Origin: Octopus bimaculoides
Lineage: Eukaryota
Direction of reading: 5' to 3'
DNA length: 48,753 nt
Assembly (NCBI RefSeq): GCF_001194135.2
Contig: NC_069000.1
Location: 35,275,465 to 35,324,217, forward strand
Part shown: piece by piece, positions 35,043-47,303 of the stretch
How positions within the stretch are numbered: position 1 is the first letter of the stretch
How the letters are laid out: each line of letters opens with the position of its first letter
Made by a program: the position numbers and the translations under genes
Notes under the pieces: generated by a model
What the model was told of the DNA's origin: nothing
What the model saw: only the letters and a program-made list of their open reading frames with translations
Database searches by the model: none

Positions 35043-35947
35043 TAGATATACACACACACATACATACACAGATATCTATGTATGTATACACATACACACA
35101 CCCACACATGCATATATATATATATTTATAAACACACACACATACACACGCAGCAGTAACTAGACTTTTGACTCTGTGTTTATATTATGATACAGAGAGG
35201 ATATATTAATTAAATGCTGCTTCAGTACCACATTTTTGCTATTCATATTTGCTTTTTCTGCTGGAAAATTTAGTGTACAATTTAGCAGAATGTTTACTGA
35301 GTATCTTATAATAGCTGTGGTTATTTTTTTTCCAGAAAATATTTATCTACTAGACAGAAGAAATTTCAGTATTACTTGTGACTTTTATCTCATATCTTTT
35401 ACTTGCTTCAGTCACTGGCCATACTGGAGCATTGCTTTGGCTAGTTTAGTCAGACAAATTGACTCCTGTACATATTTTGGTTTAAGTCTCTTTTACCGGA
35501 CCACTTTTGTTTATGGGGGCATAAACAAAAACTAATATTGGTTGTCCAGTGGTGGTGGCAGTGGTGGAATCTAGAAAGACACACACACACAGATATATCG
35601 TTATCATCATCATCATTTAACATCTACTTTCCATGCTGGCATGGGTTAGACGGTTTGATTGGAATTGGTAAACTGGAGAGCTGCACCAGGTTCCAGTCTG
35701 ATTTTGGCTTGGTTTCTACAGCTGGATGCCCTTCCTATCACTAACCACTCCGAGAGTGTAGTGGGTGCCAATTACATGTCAGCTCCTGTCAAATTGTCCA
35801 ACCCATGCTAGCATGGAGAAAGGATGTTAAATGATGATGATGATGTTACCCTCTTTTTCAAGAACCCACATAAGCAGAATGATATCTCATTGGCTGGATT
35901 AATACAGAATTTAAAGAATTGAAAAAGGGAATGAAAAAAAGAAATCA

Positions 35948-36345
35948 AGGTGTGGCTGTGTTGTAAGAAGTTTGTTTCCCAATTACATGGTCCCGGGTTC
36001 AGTCACACTGTGTGGTACCTTGGGCAAGTGTCTGCTACTAAAGCCTCAGGCTGACCAAAGCCTTGTGAATAGATTTGGTAGACAAAAACTGAAAGAAGCC
36101 TGTCATATACATATGTATATTTATGTGTGTTTGTCTTTATCTGTGTTTGTCCTCCACCTTCGCCTGACAGCCATTGTTGTTGTATTTACATCCCCGTAAT
36201 TTAGCTGTTTGGCAAAGGAGACTGATAGAATGAGTGCCAGGCTTAAAAAGTATAAGTCTTAGTGTCAATTCATTTGACTAAAAATTCTTCAAGGTATTGC
36301 CCCAGTATGGCCAAAGTCTAATGACTGAAACAAGTAAATAATAAA
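35948..36345 (+). mobile_element. SINE family A
   Basis: Family match. Confidence 0.8.
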
Positions 36346-37129
36346 AGAACTATAAATACTTTGGTTTATATTTACAATGGCTTCTCCCTACAAAGATGGG
36401 AGAAGTGAATGCAGCTTATGCTCACCAGAAGCACTAGAAATCCTCAAGCATAAAGATAGTCTAATAGATAAGTACAATGAATTAATAATTAGATGCAAAA
36501 CTCAAATATATTTAGTCTTTCAGTAAGATTCCATTAACCTAACAGGTTAATGAAGTTTGTTTACATCGTCTGTCTCTGCATAACCACACTTGTTTCAACT
36601 AATTCCCCTGTAATAAAGCAATTACTAATGAATAATTGTTATTCAACCTCTGGTAATGCCCAATTAGTTAAGGTATGTCTGACATCTTTTTTATTGTGAA
36701 TTTTAAATTTAGAAATTTAATACTTACGTTGTAACTCAGTACTTTTCATCTGTTTCCAAGCAAAGTAATATTTCCCTGTGGTCAGACATGTTTTAGCTGA
36801 ATATTAGAAATGAATCAGATCCATTTACAGCAATCATACATCGAAACACAGACGAACAAACACATACATACATATGTGCATGTATGTATACTTTTATTCT
36901 TTTACTTGTTTCAGTCATTTGACTGTGGCCAAGCTGGAGCACTGCCTTCAAGGGTTTTAATGCCACAAATTGACCCCAGGACTTACTTTTGAGCCCAGCA
37001 CTTATTCTCTCAGTTTCTTTTCCTGAACCGTGAAGTTATGGGGACGTAAACACAACAACACTGGTTGTCAAGCAGGGATAGGACAGACACACACACACAC
37101 ACACACACATACACACACACGCATACATA

Positions 37130-38297
37130 CAGGGTGCGGTGAATAGATTGTCGTCTAAGTTATGCAAAAATGAAAATAACACTGACATCTCATTTTAACA
37201 GATATATTTACCAAAATTACATAAAAATATCTTGAAATACCAAAGAGTAAATTTATTCAATAAAATTACCATTGCCTTCAACTATGGTCTCCAGACGACT
37301 TCAGAATCTCCTGCAACTCTTCTGGATGGTCTCCTTGTTTAAGTTGGTGACTGCTGCCATAATCCTTGCCTTCAGTTCATCTTTGGTGTTACAAGGAGTT
37401 TTGTTGGTCTCTCGCTCAATTATGCTCTACACATCATAATCATGTGGGTTGTAGTCTGGGGAGTTAGGTGGCCAGTTGTTAGAGGTGATGTGGTCACAGA
37501 AATTGTCTGACAGCCATGACTGGGTCCTTCTGCTTGTGTGACATGGTGCAGAATCCTGTTGCCAGACATAGGGTCTTCCAGAAGCCACCCTGTTGATCCT
37601 GGGCAGCACTACCTTCTCCAGGCACTTGATGAAGACCTCTGTGTTGAGCCTTAGGCCATGTGGGAAGATGAATGGAGGCATAACGTTGCCATCACTAATG
37701 CTCACTCCAAACACCATGATGTTGACTGGATGTTCTGTGTGTTCTCTATCTGATCCTGACAGAAATTTTTCTTACCTGAGAAAATCCAAAGCATGTTTGG
37801 TTGGAAAGGATGCTTGTGTTTGTTCAAAAACTTTGCAGTGTGGACTTTCACCTTGTCCTTGATGGCATGGGATAAAAATTGGCCCTCAGACACTCCCATG
37901 TCCCTGGTGAAGGGCCTGATTGGCTTGGAGGGATCGTTGTCAATCATGGCCTGGATCTCACCAACAAATTCAGGAGTTCTTTTCTTATCAGAATGATCAG
38001 AGTGAGTTTTTCGAGCTGCCATACCTTTGTAGTCACCATTAGACTCATCCAACGCTTTCCAAATCCTCTGCACTCTGCACTATTCTCAGATTGACACCCA
38101 AACACTCTGAAATGTTTGTATTTGAGCTTCCGGCATGAATGCTAAGCAGTACAGCATGTCATTTCCAAATTTCTGGCAGAGTGAATTGCATCAAGATGCT
38201 GTTTTTCTTACAGACAGTACCCAACTGACCCTATTATACTGTGTAGTCAACAAAATCAAAAACAAACAATGTGCATGTGTGAAACTAAAAATAATAT
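37130..38297 (-). mobile_element. Decayed DD37D (maT) element, family 2
   Basis: VWQQDSAPCHTS...WPPNSPDYNPHD (D37D spacing); terminus TA|CAGGGTGCGGTG; frameshifted N-terminal fragments. Confidence 0.9.
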
Positions 38298-38533
38298 ACC
38301 TGAATCATATGGCTGAGAAGCAACCTTCTTTCCACACAATCAATCCTGGAGTTCTCTGGTGATTAGTATGTATAAGGGAGGTAATCATTTCTACATAATA
38401 TTTGGTGGGATTAGCTATTATACCCACACTACTATTATCCATTAGCACTAGTTAATGTTGCTGTTGTTATTTACCCATAGGTTGGCATTGATTGAGTAAA
38501 CCCTATAACTAAAAGCATGCTAACCATCTTTTC

Positions 38534-38935
38534 TCTTTTATCTTTTACTTGTTTCAGTCATTTGACTGTGGCCATGCTGGAGCACCGCCTTGAAAGTTTT
38601 TAGTCAAAAAACTCATCGACCCCAGGACTTGTTTTAAGCCTAGCATTTATTGTATCGATCACTTTTGCTGAATCACTAAGTTATGGGGATGCAAACACAC
38701 CAACACCAGTGATCCGGGGACAAAGACACACTCAAAAACACACACACACACACAGATATATATGCATAACTGTATACAATAGGCTTCTTTCAGTTTCCAT
38801 CTACCAAATCAGCTTACAATGGTTTGGTCATTACAAAGTTATAGTAGAAGATACTTGCCCAAGGTGTCACACAGTGGGACTGAACCCACAACCATGTGGT
38901 TGGGAAGCAAGCTTCTTCCCACACAACTGCACCCA
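38534..38935 (-). mobile_element. SINE family A
   Basis: Family match. Confidence 0.82.
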
Positions 38936-40162
38936 TATCTATCATCTTTTATTTTCCAATATACTTTGAACCACCCAGTGCATTGCTTTGGTTTCTTTCT
39001 TTCTTTTTTTTTTTTTCTAAGATTGCTGGATATAATTTGAAAGGGATTTGGTTGCTATTTCTTGCAGGCAGAAATTAATTTTATAGATGCTCCCTTGTTG
39101 GCTTTACATCACTCAAGTATTGAAGAAGCCACCAACTTCATCTTTGTTGTTACTGATGCTGTCGATGATGATGATGGTGGTGGTGGTGGTGGTGATTTTG
39201 GTAGTGGTGGTGGTGATGATGGTGGTGATTTTGGTGGTGGTGGTGGTGGTGGTGATGGTCATGATGATTTTTACGATGACGATGAGAATGATGACAATGG
39301 TGACAGTGCCCGCAGCAACAGTTGCAGCGATAATGATGACGAGGAAGAAGAGGAAAATTTCGGTGCTCCAACTAATGTGCTCATTTACACCTTCATGCGC
39401 ACACACACAGACACACACACTGTCCATTGCTAAATTATGACATTATTATTATCATTATTATTATTATAATTGTTATTATTATTATGATGATGATTATTAT
39501 TATTGTTATTATTTTTGAAATTAATTGCATTCATTTGATGTTTCACAGATGGTGCTATAAAAAAACCAAAAAAAAAAAACGAACAAAATAGAGAAAGCAA
39601 ACCAAAAGCAAAATAAACTAGTCTTTTGTTCCATCAGTGAACACAGTAATTGCTTTAGAAGCAACAGAGACACTAGCTAGAGTGGTAACTCCCTCGAATT
39701 GTGTATGAAACTGAAGGTCAGACGAAGATAGTTTGGTCCATTGTGACCAAAAGATATTGATTTGCCTAGATTAAGCAGACAGCTAGGCATGGTGTAGACT
39801 TGGCTGTGTGGTTAGGAAGCTCGTTGTACAACCATGTGGTTTCGGGTTCAGTCCCACTGCGTGGCTTTCATGGATAAGTGTCTTCTACAATATCCTATCC
39901 CCGGGCTGACCAGTGCCTTGTGAGTGAATTTGGTAGATGGAAACTGTGTGGAAGCCATTTGTATCTTTCATGTTTTATCGTTTGCTTGTTTCAGTTATTA
40001 TACTGTGGCCATGCTGAGGCACCACCTTGAAGAATTTTAGTTTAAGGAATCGACCCCAGTAGTTACTTTTTTTTCCGACTGGTACTTATTTTATCAGTCA
40101 CTTTTGCTGAATAGCTAAGTAAACACACCAATACCAGTTCTTAAGCCATACCTATGTCCGTA

Positions 40163-40199
<37 letters not shown>

Positions 40200-40251
40200 G
40201 GAGTTGAACGCAGGTGTTATTCAAATTTGAGGGAATACATACATACATATA

Positions 40252-40288
<37 letters not shown>

Positions 40289-40291
<3 letters not shown>

Positions 40292-41051
40292 AGTAAAGCT
40301 ACATACTGTAAGGGGTCTCTAAAGTCAAACTACTTCAATAAATATACACAAGCATCAAATTTGAGGGAATGAACATAAAAGGAATTCTTTTAAAAAAAGG
40401 TTTAGTCATATATCATTAATGATTTCATGGTCAGCATGTATAGTATGTTGTCCATTCATCAGTACGAACATAACCAGGAAAATATAAATACAAACATCTA
40501 TATATATATACCACATGAACACAATGCATCCAGCAGAACATATACAAATGTTCACACTTATATATCCATGGAAGGGGCTTCTCGTCTTGTTCATCTCAGC
40601 CGCATGTCTATAATTGAAATAATTCAGCACTGAATATATTCTGGTTTCATTTTTATAAATAAAATATAAGGATAAAATCTATATAAAATTTTATCAAGTA
40701 GTCAGCATGCAACACCAATTAAGGAAAAAATTAATACAAAGTATATAGTTTTTCTCCTTATATATAAAGTACATTATTATACCAAGGTCTATTACAATAA
40801 GTAAAACCACACACTGTAAGGGGACTCTAAAGCTATATTTATATTTTCCTGGTTATGTTCGTACTGATGAATGGAGAACATATCATACATGCTGACTATG
40901 AAATCATTAACGATATACGACTAAATCTTTTTTAAAGGGATTTCTCCTATGTTCATTCCCTCAAATTCGGTGCCCATGTATATTTATTGAAGTAGTTTGA
41001 CTTTAGAGTCCCCTTACAGCGTGTGGCTTTACTTATTGTAATAGCCCTTGA
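40289..41051. mobile_element. Long-TIR fold-back / MITE composite
   Basis: ~200-bp inverted repeat, 40289-40490 vs 40836-41036; extra direct terminal copy at 40782-40832; TA|CCAAGG...CCTTGA|TA ends. Confidence 0.7.
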
Positions 41052-42403
41052 TATAATAATTTATTTTCCTATCCTCAGTCGAGTTCCAGATTATCTTTAC
41101 AATTTCGGCTGGTTATACTCAAGATTGCTCCAATCTGGCCAGCCCCAAGGAAAAACTAAGCTAAGAGCATTAGATTCCTTGGAAGAAAGCAGCGAATGTA
41201 TACGAAAACAAGTACGGTAAAAAAAAAACGGAGAAATGTTATACAAATATGCACATATATATACGTATATATATATATATNNNNNNNNNNNNNNNNNNNN
41301 NNNNNNNNNNNNNNNNNNNNNNNNNNNNNNNNNNNNNNNNNNNNNNNNNNNNNATATATATTTATATATATATATGGTGAATAAATATAAATAGGGATTT
41401 ATTATTGAATTGAGGCAGGTACCATATGAGCACTCAGTTATACTCTGGGTTCTGGTCAACTGTATCAAGTTGTTAGGAGCACCTAGGATTACTTAAGGTA
41501 AGCGATTCCACTGTAATTCATCCAATAGATAAATCCTGGCTTCACTTCACTGGATTACAAATATTTTACTGAGTGTATATCCAAAGACAATTAAAATAAA
41601 TATGAAGATTAATACATCTGTGTATTTTTCTCATTTCTACAGTCAATTATACAGCATATTCGATTTAAATGTGCCCAATGTACATTTCTGCTCTGTAGGA
41701 AACTAGCAATTCTATTTGCATCCCACTATTTTTGGCGAGTTAGCAGTCTATGCAACTTTATTGAAGGACCATCCACTGATGTGTCCAATGCAAAGTAAGT
41801 GTATGTAGGCTTGATTAATGTTATTTTGCTAGGTTTTTATAGTTTTTGAGAGAAAAAAATGTGATGGGGAGATTTGGAAACTTGTCGTGGCTATAAAAAC
41901 TATTATATGGTTTTATAGCCATATCAAATTTCTAAATCTTCCCCTCACATTCTTTCCTCTCAAAAACGACTGCTAACCAGTCGAAAATAACTGAATGAAA
42001 TGTGTGCTGGATGTGTGCTGGACAAATTTAAACCAAATATACTGTATAACTGATCTCCGTATTCCTAGTAATTGTCTTATATATAGGTATGTGTATCTGT
42101 GAACACACATGGCTCACTGGTTAAAGCATCAGGTTTACTGTCATGGGATTGTGAGTTCAATTCCTGGACTGACCTGTGTGTTGTGTTCTTGAGCAAGACA
42201 CTTTATTTCAGATTGCTCCAGTTCACTCAACTGTAGAAAAGAGTTGCAACATCACTGGTGCCAAATTGTACTAGCCTTTGCTTTTCTCTTGGACAGTATC
42301 AGTGATGTGGAGAAGGGAGATCGATATGCATGAGTGATTGCAGGTCTTTCACAAACCACTTTGCCCAGACTTGTATCCCATAGTCATTCATGACTAAAGG
42401 GAA

Positions 42404-42462
<59 letters not shown>

Positions 42463-42651
42463 GACAGACAGATGTGTGTGTTTGAGTTTGTATGATTATG
42501 TATTGAAGAATATTAATCAATGAAATTCTGACTTAGTTTTTTTATGTTTTATTATTTGCAATTTTTACAATTTTACAATATTGAAATAAACTAGTACTTT
42601 CATGTGTTATGCAATCATCAGGTTTATGTAATGACAGTCATGTTCCACAAG

Positions 42652-42860
42652 TGACAAAGTCATCAATGACAGAGAAATAGTTTGATGAAATTTTATCTAA
42701 CAATAAGAAAATTCATATAGCATAACAAATTGTTTCATAACTTAAAATCTTGTAAATGATTTATGTTATAATATTTAATAATAAATAAATAAATAAATTA
42801 CATGCCTGCATTAATGCAAAATGTCCTTCAAACTATTTCTGTCATTTATGACTTTATACA
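42652..42860. mobile_element. Shorter copy of the 5691 MITE family
   Basis: Same TIRs (AAAGTCATCAATGACAGAGAAATAG) and same internal sequence. Confidence 0.7.
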
Positions 42861-43084
42861 TTCCTTATCGTTTTCTCTTTCATCGTACCATATATCCTAT
42901 GTTTTGGAGAATGATACACTAAGGAGCTTTTTTATGAGTACTACTGGATTACTTTAATCCATATATTATGACTTAAATTTATATATATATATCATACATA
43001 TGTATGTATGTATGAATGTGCATGTGTGTGTCTGTGTTTGTGCTCCCCCACTGCTTGATAACCAATGTTGGTTTGTTTGTACCT

Positions 43085-43300
43085 TTAATCTTCAGATTAC
43101 TCTGTTGAATGTAATGCCTTTTCACTCAAATTGTTTTGAATTAATCATGCATTACCTCATAGCTTCAAGATTTCGATGATGTGATTATTTATTTTTAGAA
43201 TGTCAATGTAGGTTAGGTGTGAGAGGCTAGATATGGCTAGTTCAAATATAAAACATGTAGAATATTTGGGCTGGATATCGCCGGTTTAAACACTAAAGGG
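43085..43300 (-). mobile_element. piggyBac-type MITE nested in a family A SINE
   Basis: Same family sequence; the host SINE resumes at ATGTCCCTGAAACTCAGC. Confidence 0.75.
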
Positions 43301-43477
43301 TTATGTCCCTGAAACTCAGCAGCTTCGCAAAAGAGACTGAAGTATCACTCATAAGAAAAGGACATAATTATTGGGATTGATTTGTTCAACTAAAACTCTT
43401 CAAGGTGGTGTCCCAGCATGGCTGTGCCCAATGACTGAAACAAGTAAAAGATAAAAAAAAATTAAAAGATTCTTATA

Positions 43478-43860
43478 GGCGCATGAGTGACTGCGTGGTA
43501 AGTAGCTTGCTTACCAACCACATGGTTCCGGGTTCAGTCCCACTGCGTGGCACCTTGGGCAAGTGTCTTCTACTATAGCCTTGGGCCGACCAAAGCCTTG
43601 TGAGTGGATTTGGTAGAAGAAAACTGAAAGAAGCCCGTTGTATATATGTATATATATATATGTGTGTGTGTGTCTGTGTTTGTCTCCCCCAGCATCGCTT
43701 GACAACCGAGGTTGATGTGTTCACGTTCCCGTAACTTAGTGGTTCGGTAAAAGAGACCGATAAAATAAGTACTAGGCTTACAACGAATAAGTCCTGGGGT
43801 TGATTTGCTCGACTAAAGGCGATGCTCCAGCATGGCTGCAGTCAAATGACTGAAACTAAT
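43478..43860 (+). mobile_element. SINE family A, CpG-retaining copy
   Basis: Close to the apparent consensus, with many CpGs intact. Confidence 0.88.
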
Positions 43861-43954
43861 AACGAATTGTGATTTCTGACTTAGGTAAGTTTTTAAATAT
43901 AATGTAGCAGACTGTAGAGTCTTCATGTAGATCAAATTAACTTCAGCTGCTTTC

Positions 43955-43968
43955 TGATTGGCCAATCA
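43955..43968. promoter_or_regulatory. Palindromic double CCAAT box (TGATTGGCCAATCA), candidate NF-Y site
   Basis: Perfect 14-bp palindrome preceded by C (CTGATTGG consensus); CpG-rich unique DNA 70-220 bp downstream. Confidence 0.3.
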
Positions 43969-44369
43969 AGGTAAATGGTTTCTTTTTCATCCATCAGAAG
44001 GATGAAAGGGAATGTCAAGTATGGAAGTCTTTAAACTTTGACACGACTGAGGTGGAACTAAATGTTGTTTATACATTTGGTCCATGTCGACTATCTTTGC
44101 CGTCAATCTTCTGACTCCGGAACAGCCGATGTATGTGACCGTCAAACACTCAATGCTTGCGACTGTTTAACAATAGAACCGTAATAATAATTCAGATGCA
44201 AAAAATAATAAATGGGCAAAAACAAAAAGAAGAACAAAAGACAAAAGAACAGTGATGATGTAAGTGAAGAAGCTATGATTTACTAATTAATTAAATTAGA
44301 ATAAAAGTCTACGTAAGAAGAGAAAAACATTGTAAGAAATGAAACAACTTTGATGAGGTGACACCAATG

Positions 44370-44398
44370 GTGGTGGTGTCAGTGGCTGCACTGCTGCT

Positions 44399-44429
<31 letters not shown>

Positions 44430-44597
44430 ATGATGATAATAAACATTATCATCACCACTACCATATAATCATTATCACCACTGCTATCATCATTATCATC
44501 ATGATCACTGAGATGATGATGATGGTGGTGGTGGTGGTGGTTAATAATGTAATCATGGCAATGAAGATGATGATACCACCACAACCAATGATGATGG

Positions 44598-44631
<34 letters not shown>

Positions 44632-44635
44632 AACT
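44370..44635. repeat. Compound (CTG/GAT/CAT/GGT)n tract
   Basis: Directly visible. Confidence 0.9.
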
Positions 44636-45014
44636 GTGACAAGAAAAGCGACGAAGGAAACTGAGCATATACAACAAAGAGAATAATGATATTAATTGCA
44701 ATTTGCTTTTAAATGAAGTCCATCTACGCAGAAGAAAGAGAGAATAGATTCTGTTTTTGTTTGGGTTTTTTTGTGTATGTTTTATTGAAATTTTTTTTTT
44801 TTTTTTTTTTTTTTGGTAATGAAAAAATAGATTGGCAATGAAAAAGAATTGGTAATTACTGTTGGCGCTCCTGAGAAATGTCATTGTTTATTAGAACCGA
44901 AGTTCTGTGTGGTGCTCACATTTTATCGGCGTAACAAAACCGAAATTGCTTTTGCAGTGTGTGTGTGTGGCTGTGCTTTAAATACAATTTTTTCCAATTT
45001 GGTTCCTCTTTCAG

Positions 45015-45164
45015 ATCAAAGACTTGTTTGAAAAGGCGCAGGCGAAAAACAAATTATTGCGTTCCTTTGCCGGCCAAGAATTGGACAACGTCATGAAGCT
45101 TGCTTCCCACTGGGACAGTTTTGAGCTTGTTTTGGACAGCCATAGTTCTATGATAACTAAAAGA
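45015..45164 (+). CDS. DYNC2H1: DYNC2H1 exon (phase 0 to 0): IKDLFEKAQAKNKLLRSFAGQELDNVMKLASHWDSFELVLDSHSSMITKR
   Basis: Acceptor ctttcag/ and donor /gtaagt; matches human ILPLFQEAEDKNRLLRTVAG...WDKFELMMESH; follows a 15.46-kb intron. Confidence 0.93.
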
Positions 45165-45860
45165 GTAAGTATACAAGCTTATCTCTACTCTATCTGTGTT
45201 TATTGCTTCCTCTTAATGGATGGCTTAAAAGCTCTACACGTGGTCAAGCTAAACAAATAAAATGCTTTCTTTATAACATGTTGGTGGTCTGTTTGCATCG
45301 GAACATAAGCTATTGTCCTAGCTTATTTGTTTACGCAAGTGTCCTTTTGTTTCTTCAGATACAGAGTGAGTGTTTCGTTGTATCTGGCATTAGTTTAGTG
45401 TTTCATCTGTTTGCTGTACAGAATGTATCATGTGTGAATTGTTTTACGTCATATTGCAAGATCATTGGTTAGGATATATTCTGTGTGAGTCGCCTTGTTT
45501 CATTGGATGGCGATAGTGCAGCATGTGAGAGCACATGGCCTAGTGGTTACAGTGTTGCAGTCATGATCGCAATATTGTGGTTTCGATTCCCTGACTAGTC
45601 GGTACTTCATGTTCTTCAGTGAAAAACTTCATTTCACATTGCAACAGTCCACTCAGCTGTAAATGGATAACCCTGTGCCGGACTAGTATCCCTTTCAGGA
45701 AGAATCTTATGACTTTGGTCACTTACATGCTATGAAAATCAGGTAACTGACTCCGTGAGTGTTATATATGTGCTGTATAGGTTATCTTGTTTTATTGGGT
45801 CATTGTGGTGTATGCATGGGTTGTTTTAACTATATGTAATCATGTTTATATACATGTCTT

Positions 45861-46390
45861 TCATCATCGCTGTTTAACGTCTGCTTTCCATGCTGGCATG
45901 GGTTGGACAGTTTGATTAAGGGCTGGTGAGCCAGAAGGCTGCACCGACTCCAATCTGATCTGGCAAAGTTTCTACATCTGGATGCCCTTCCTAACACCAA
46001 TCATTCCGAGAGTGTAGTGGGTGCTTTTACATGTCACCGGCACGAGGGCCAGTCAGGCGGTACTAGCATTGGCCATACTCAAATGGTGCTTTTTATGTGC
46101 CACCTGCATGGGAGCCAGTCTGGCAGCACTGGCAACAACCACACTCGAATGGTGTTTTTTACATGCCACCAGAACAGGAGCCAGTCAGGCGACACTGGCA
46201 ATAATCACGCTTGAATGGTGCTTTTAACGTTCCACTGGCACAGGTGCCAATCAGGCGGTATTGTCATCGGCCACAACAATGATTTCACTTTTCTCAACAG
46301 GTCCTCGCAAGCGTAGTTTATTTTCCAATGATTGAAGGGTACTCTTAAATGGGTTGGTTATACAGCACTGGCATAGGCCACGGTTATGGT
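45861..46390 (-). mobile_element. Family C element with internal minisatellite; an opposite-orientation family C copy follows at 46440-46790
   Basis: Family match and repeated ~64-bp units. Confidence 0.8.
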
Positions 46391-47303
46391 CTTTATCTAA
46401 ATGAAATCATATGGATAAAATGTAGAATGCTAATCTCAAAAAAAATGCTGGGCCTTATGAAGGAGATGACAAAGGGCTGAGATATGTGATGCATTGTTGC
46501 TCTCAAGAAGACCTGCCCAGCATAACAGAACTGAGATCCTTAAACTAAGATACCACATGGAAAGCTTTGGTGCTGGCGCCACATAAACAGCACTGGTGAT
46601 GGTTCCATGTGAAAACAACTCAGTACATTCTGTAAAGTGGTTGGCATTAAGAAGGACATCCAACTGTGAAAACCAAACTAGAATCGGCTGGTGTGATCCC
46701 TAACCTTGCCAGCCCCTGTCAAGCCATCCAACCCATGCCAGCATGGAAAATGGATATTACATGATGATGATGATGATGATGATGATGAATCATATCTCAA
46801 TCCATATCTTTATCTATATGTAATCAGTGATTTGGCAAAATCCTTGATATGTCAGACAGAATGCTTAGAAGCATTTTTTCCAGCTCTTTATATTCTGAGT
46901 TCAAATCCTGACATGATCAATTTTGTCGTCTGTCCCCTTTGGGTTGGTAAAATAAAGTATCATTCAAGTATTGGAGTCAATATAATCAACTTGTCACCTT
47001 GCCTCAGAATTCCTAACTTTCATCCCTGCAATGGACCAGCATCTTGTTCAGATAAAGTATCATAATGTCAGTCACCTATAAACCATAAAAACCAGGTAAC
47101 CAGTTTTATGAGTTTGAGGACTGAAGAAAAATTATTTTAAAAAAAGTGGCTATGTGGTAAAAAGTTTCCCTCCCAAACACATGGTTCCAGGTTCAGTCCT
47201 TCTGTGTGGCTCTTTAGATAAGTATCTCCTACTATAGCCCTGGCCCAACCAAAGCCTTGTGAGTAGATTTTGCAGACAGAAATAGAAAGAAGCCTATCAT
47301 ATA

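Noticed and set aside
17328-35139. ORF-track entries of 190-256 aa dominated by X
   Set aside because: Artefacts of N gaps lacking stop codons
40520-40615. Minus-strand AG/GT-bounded open segment (HAAEMNKTRSPFHGYISV...) in the fold-back loop
   Set aside because: Weak splice signals, no recognisable protein, and no partner exons found
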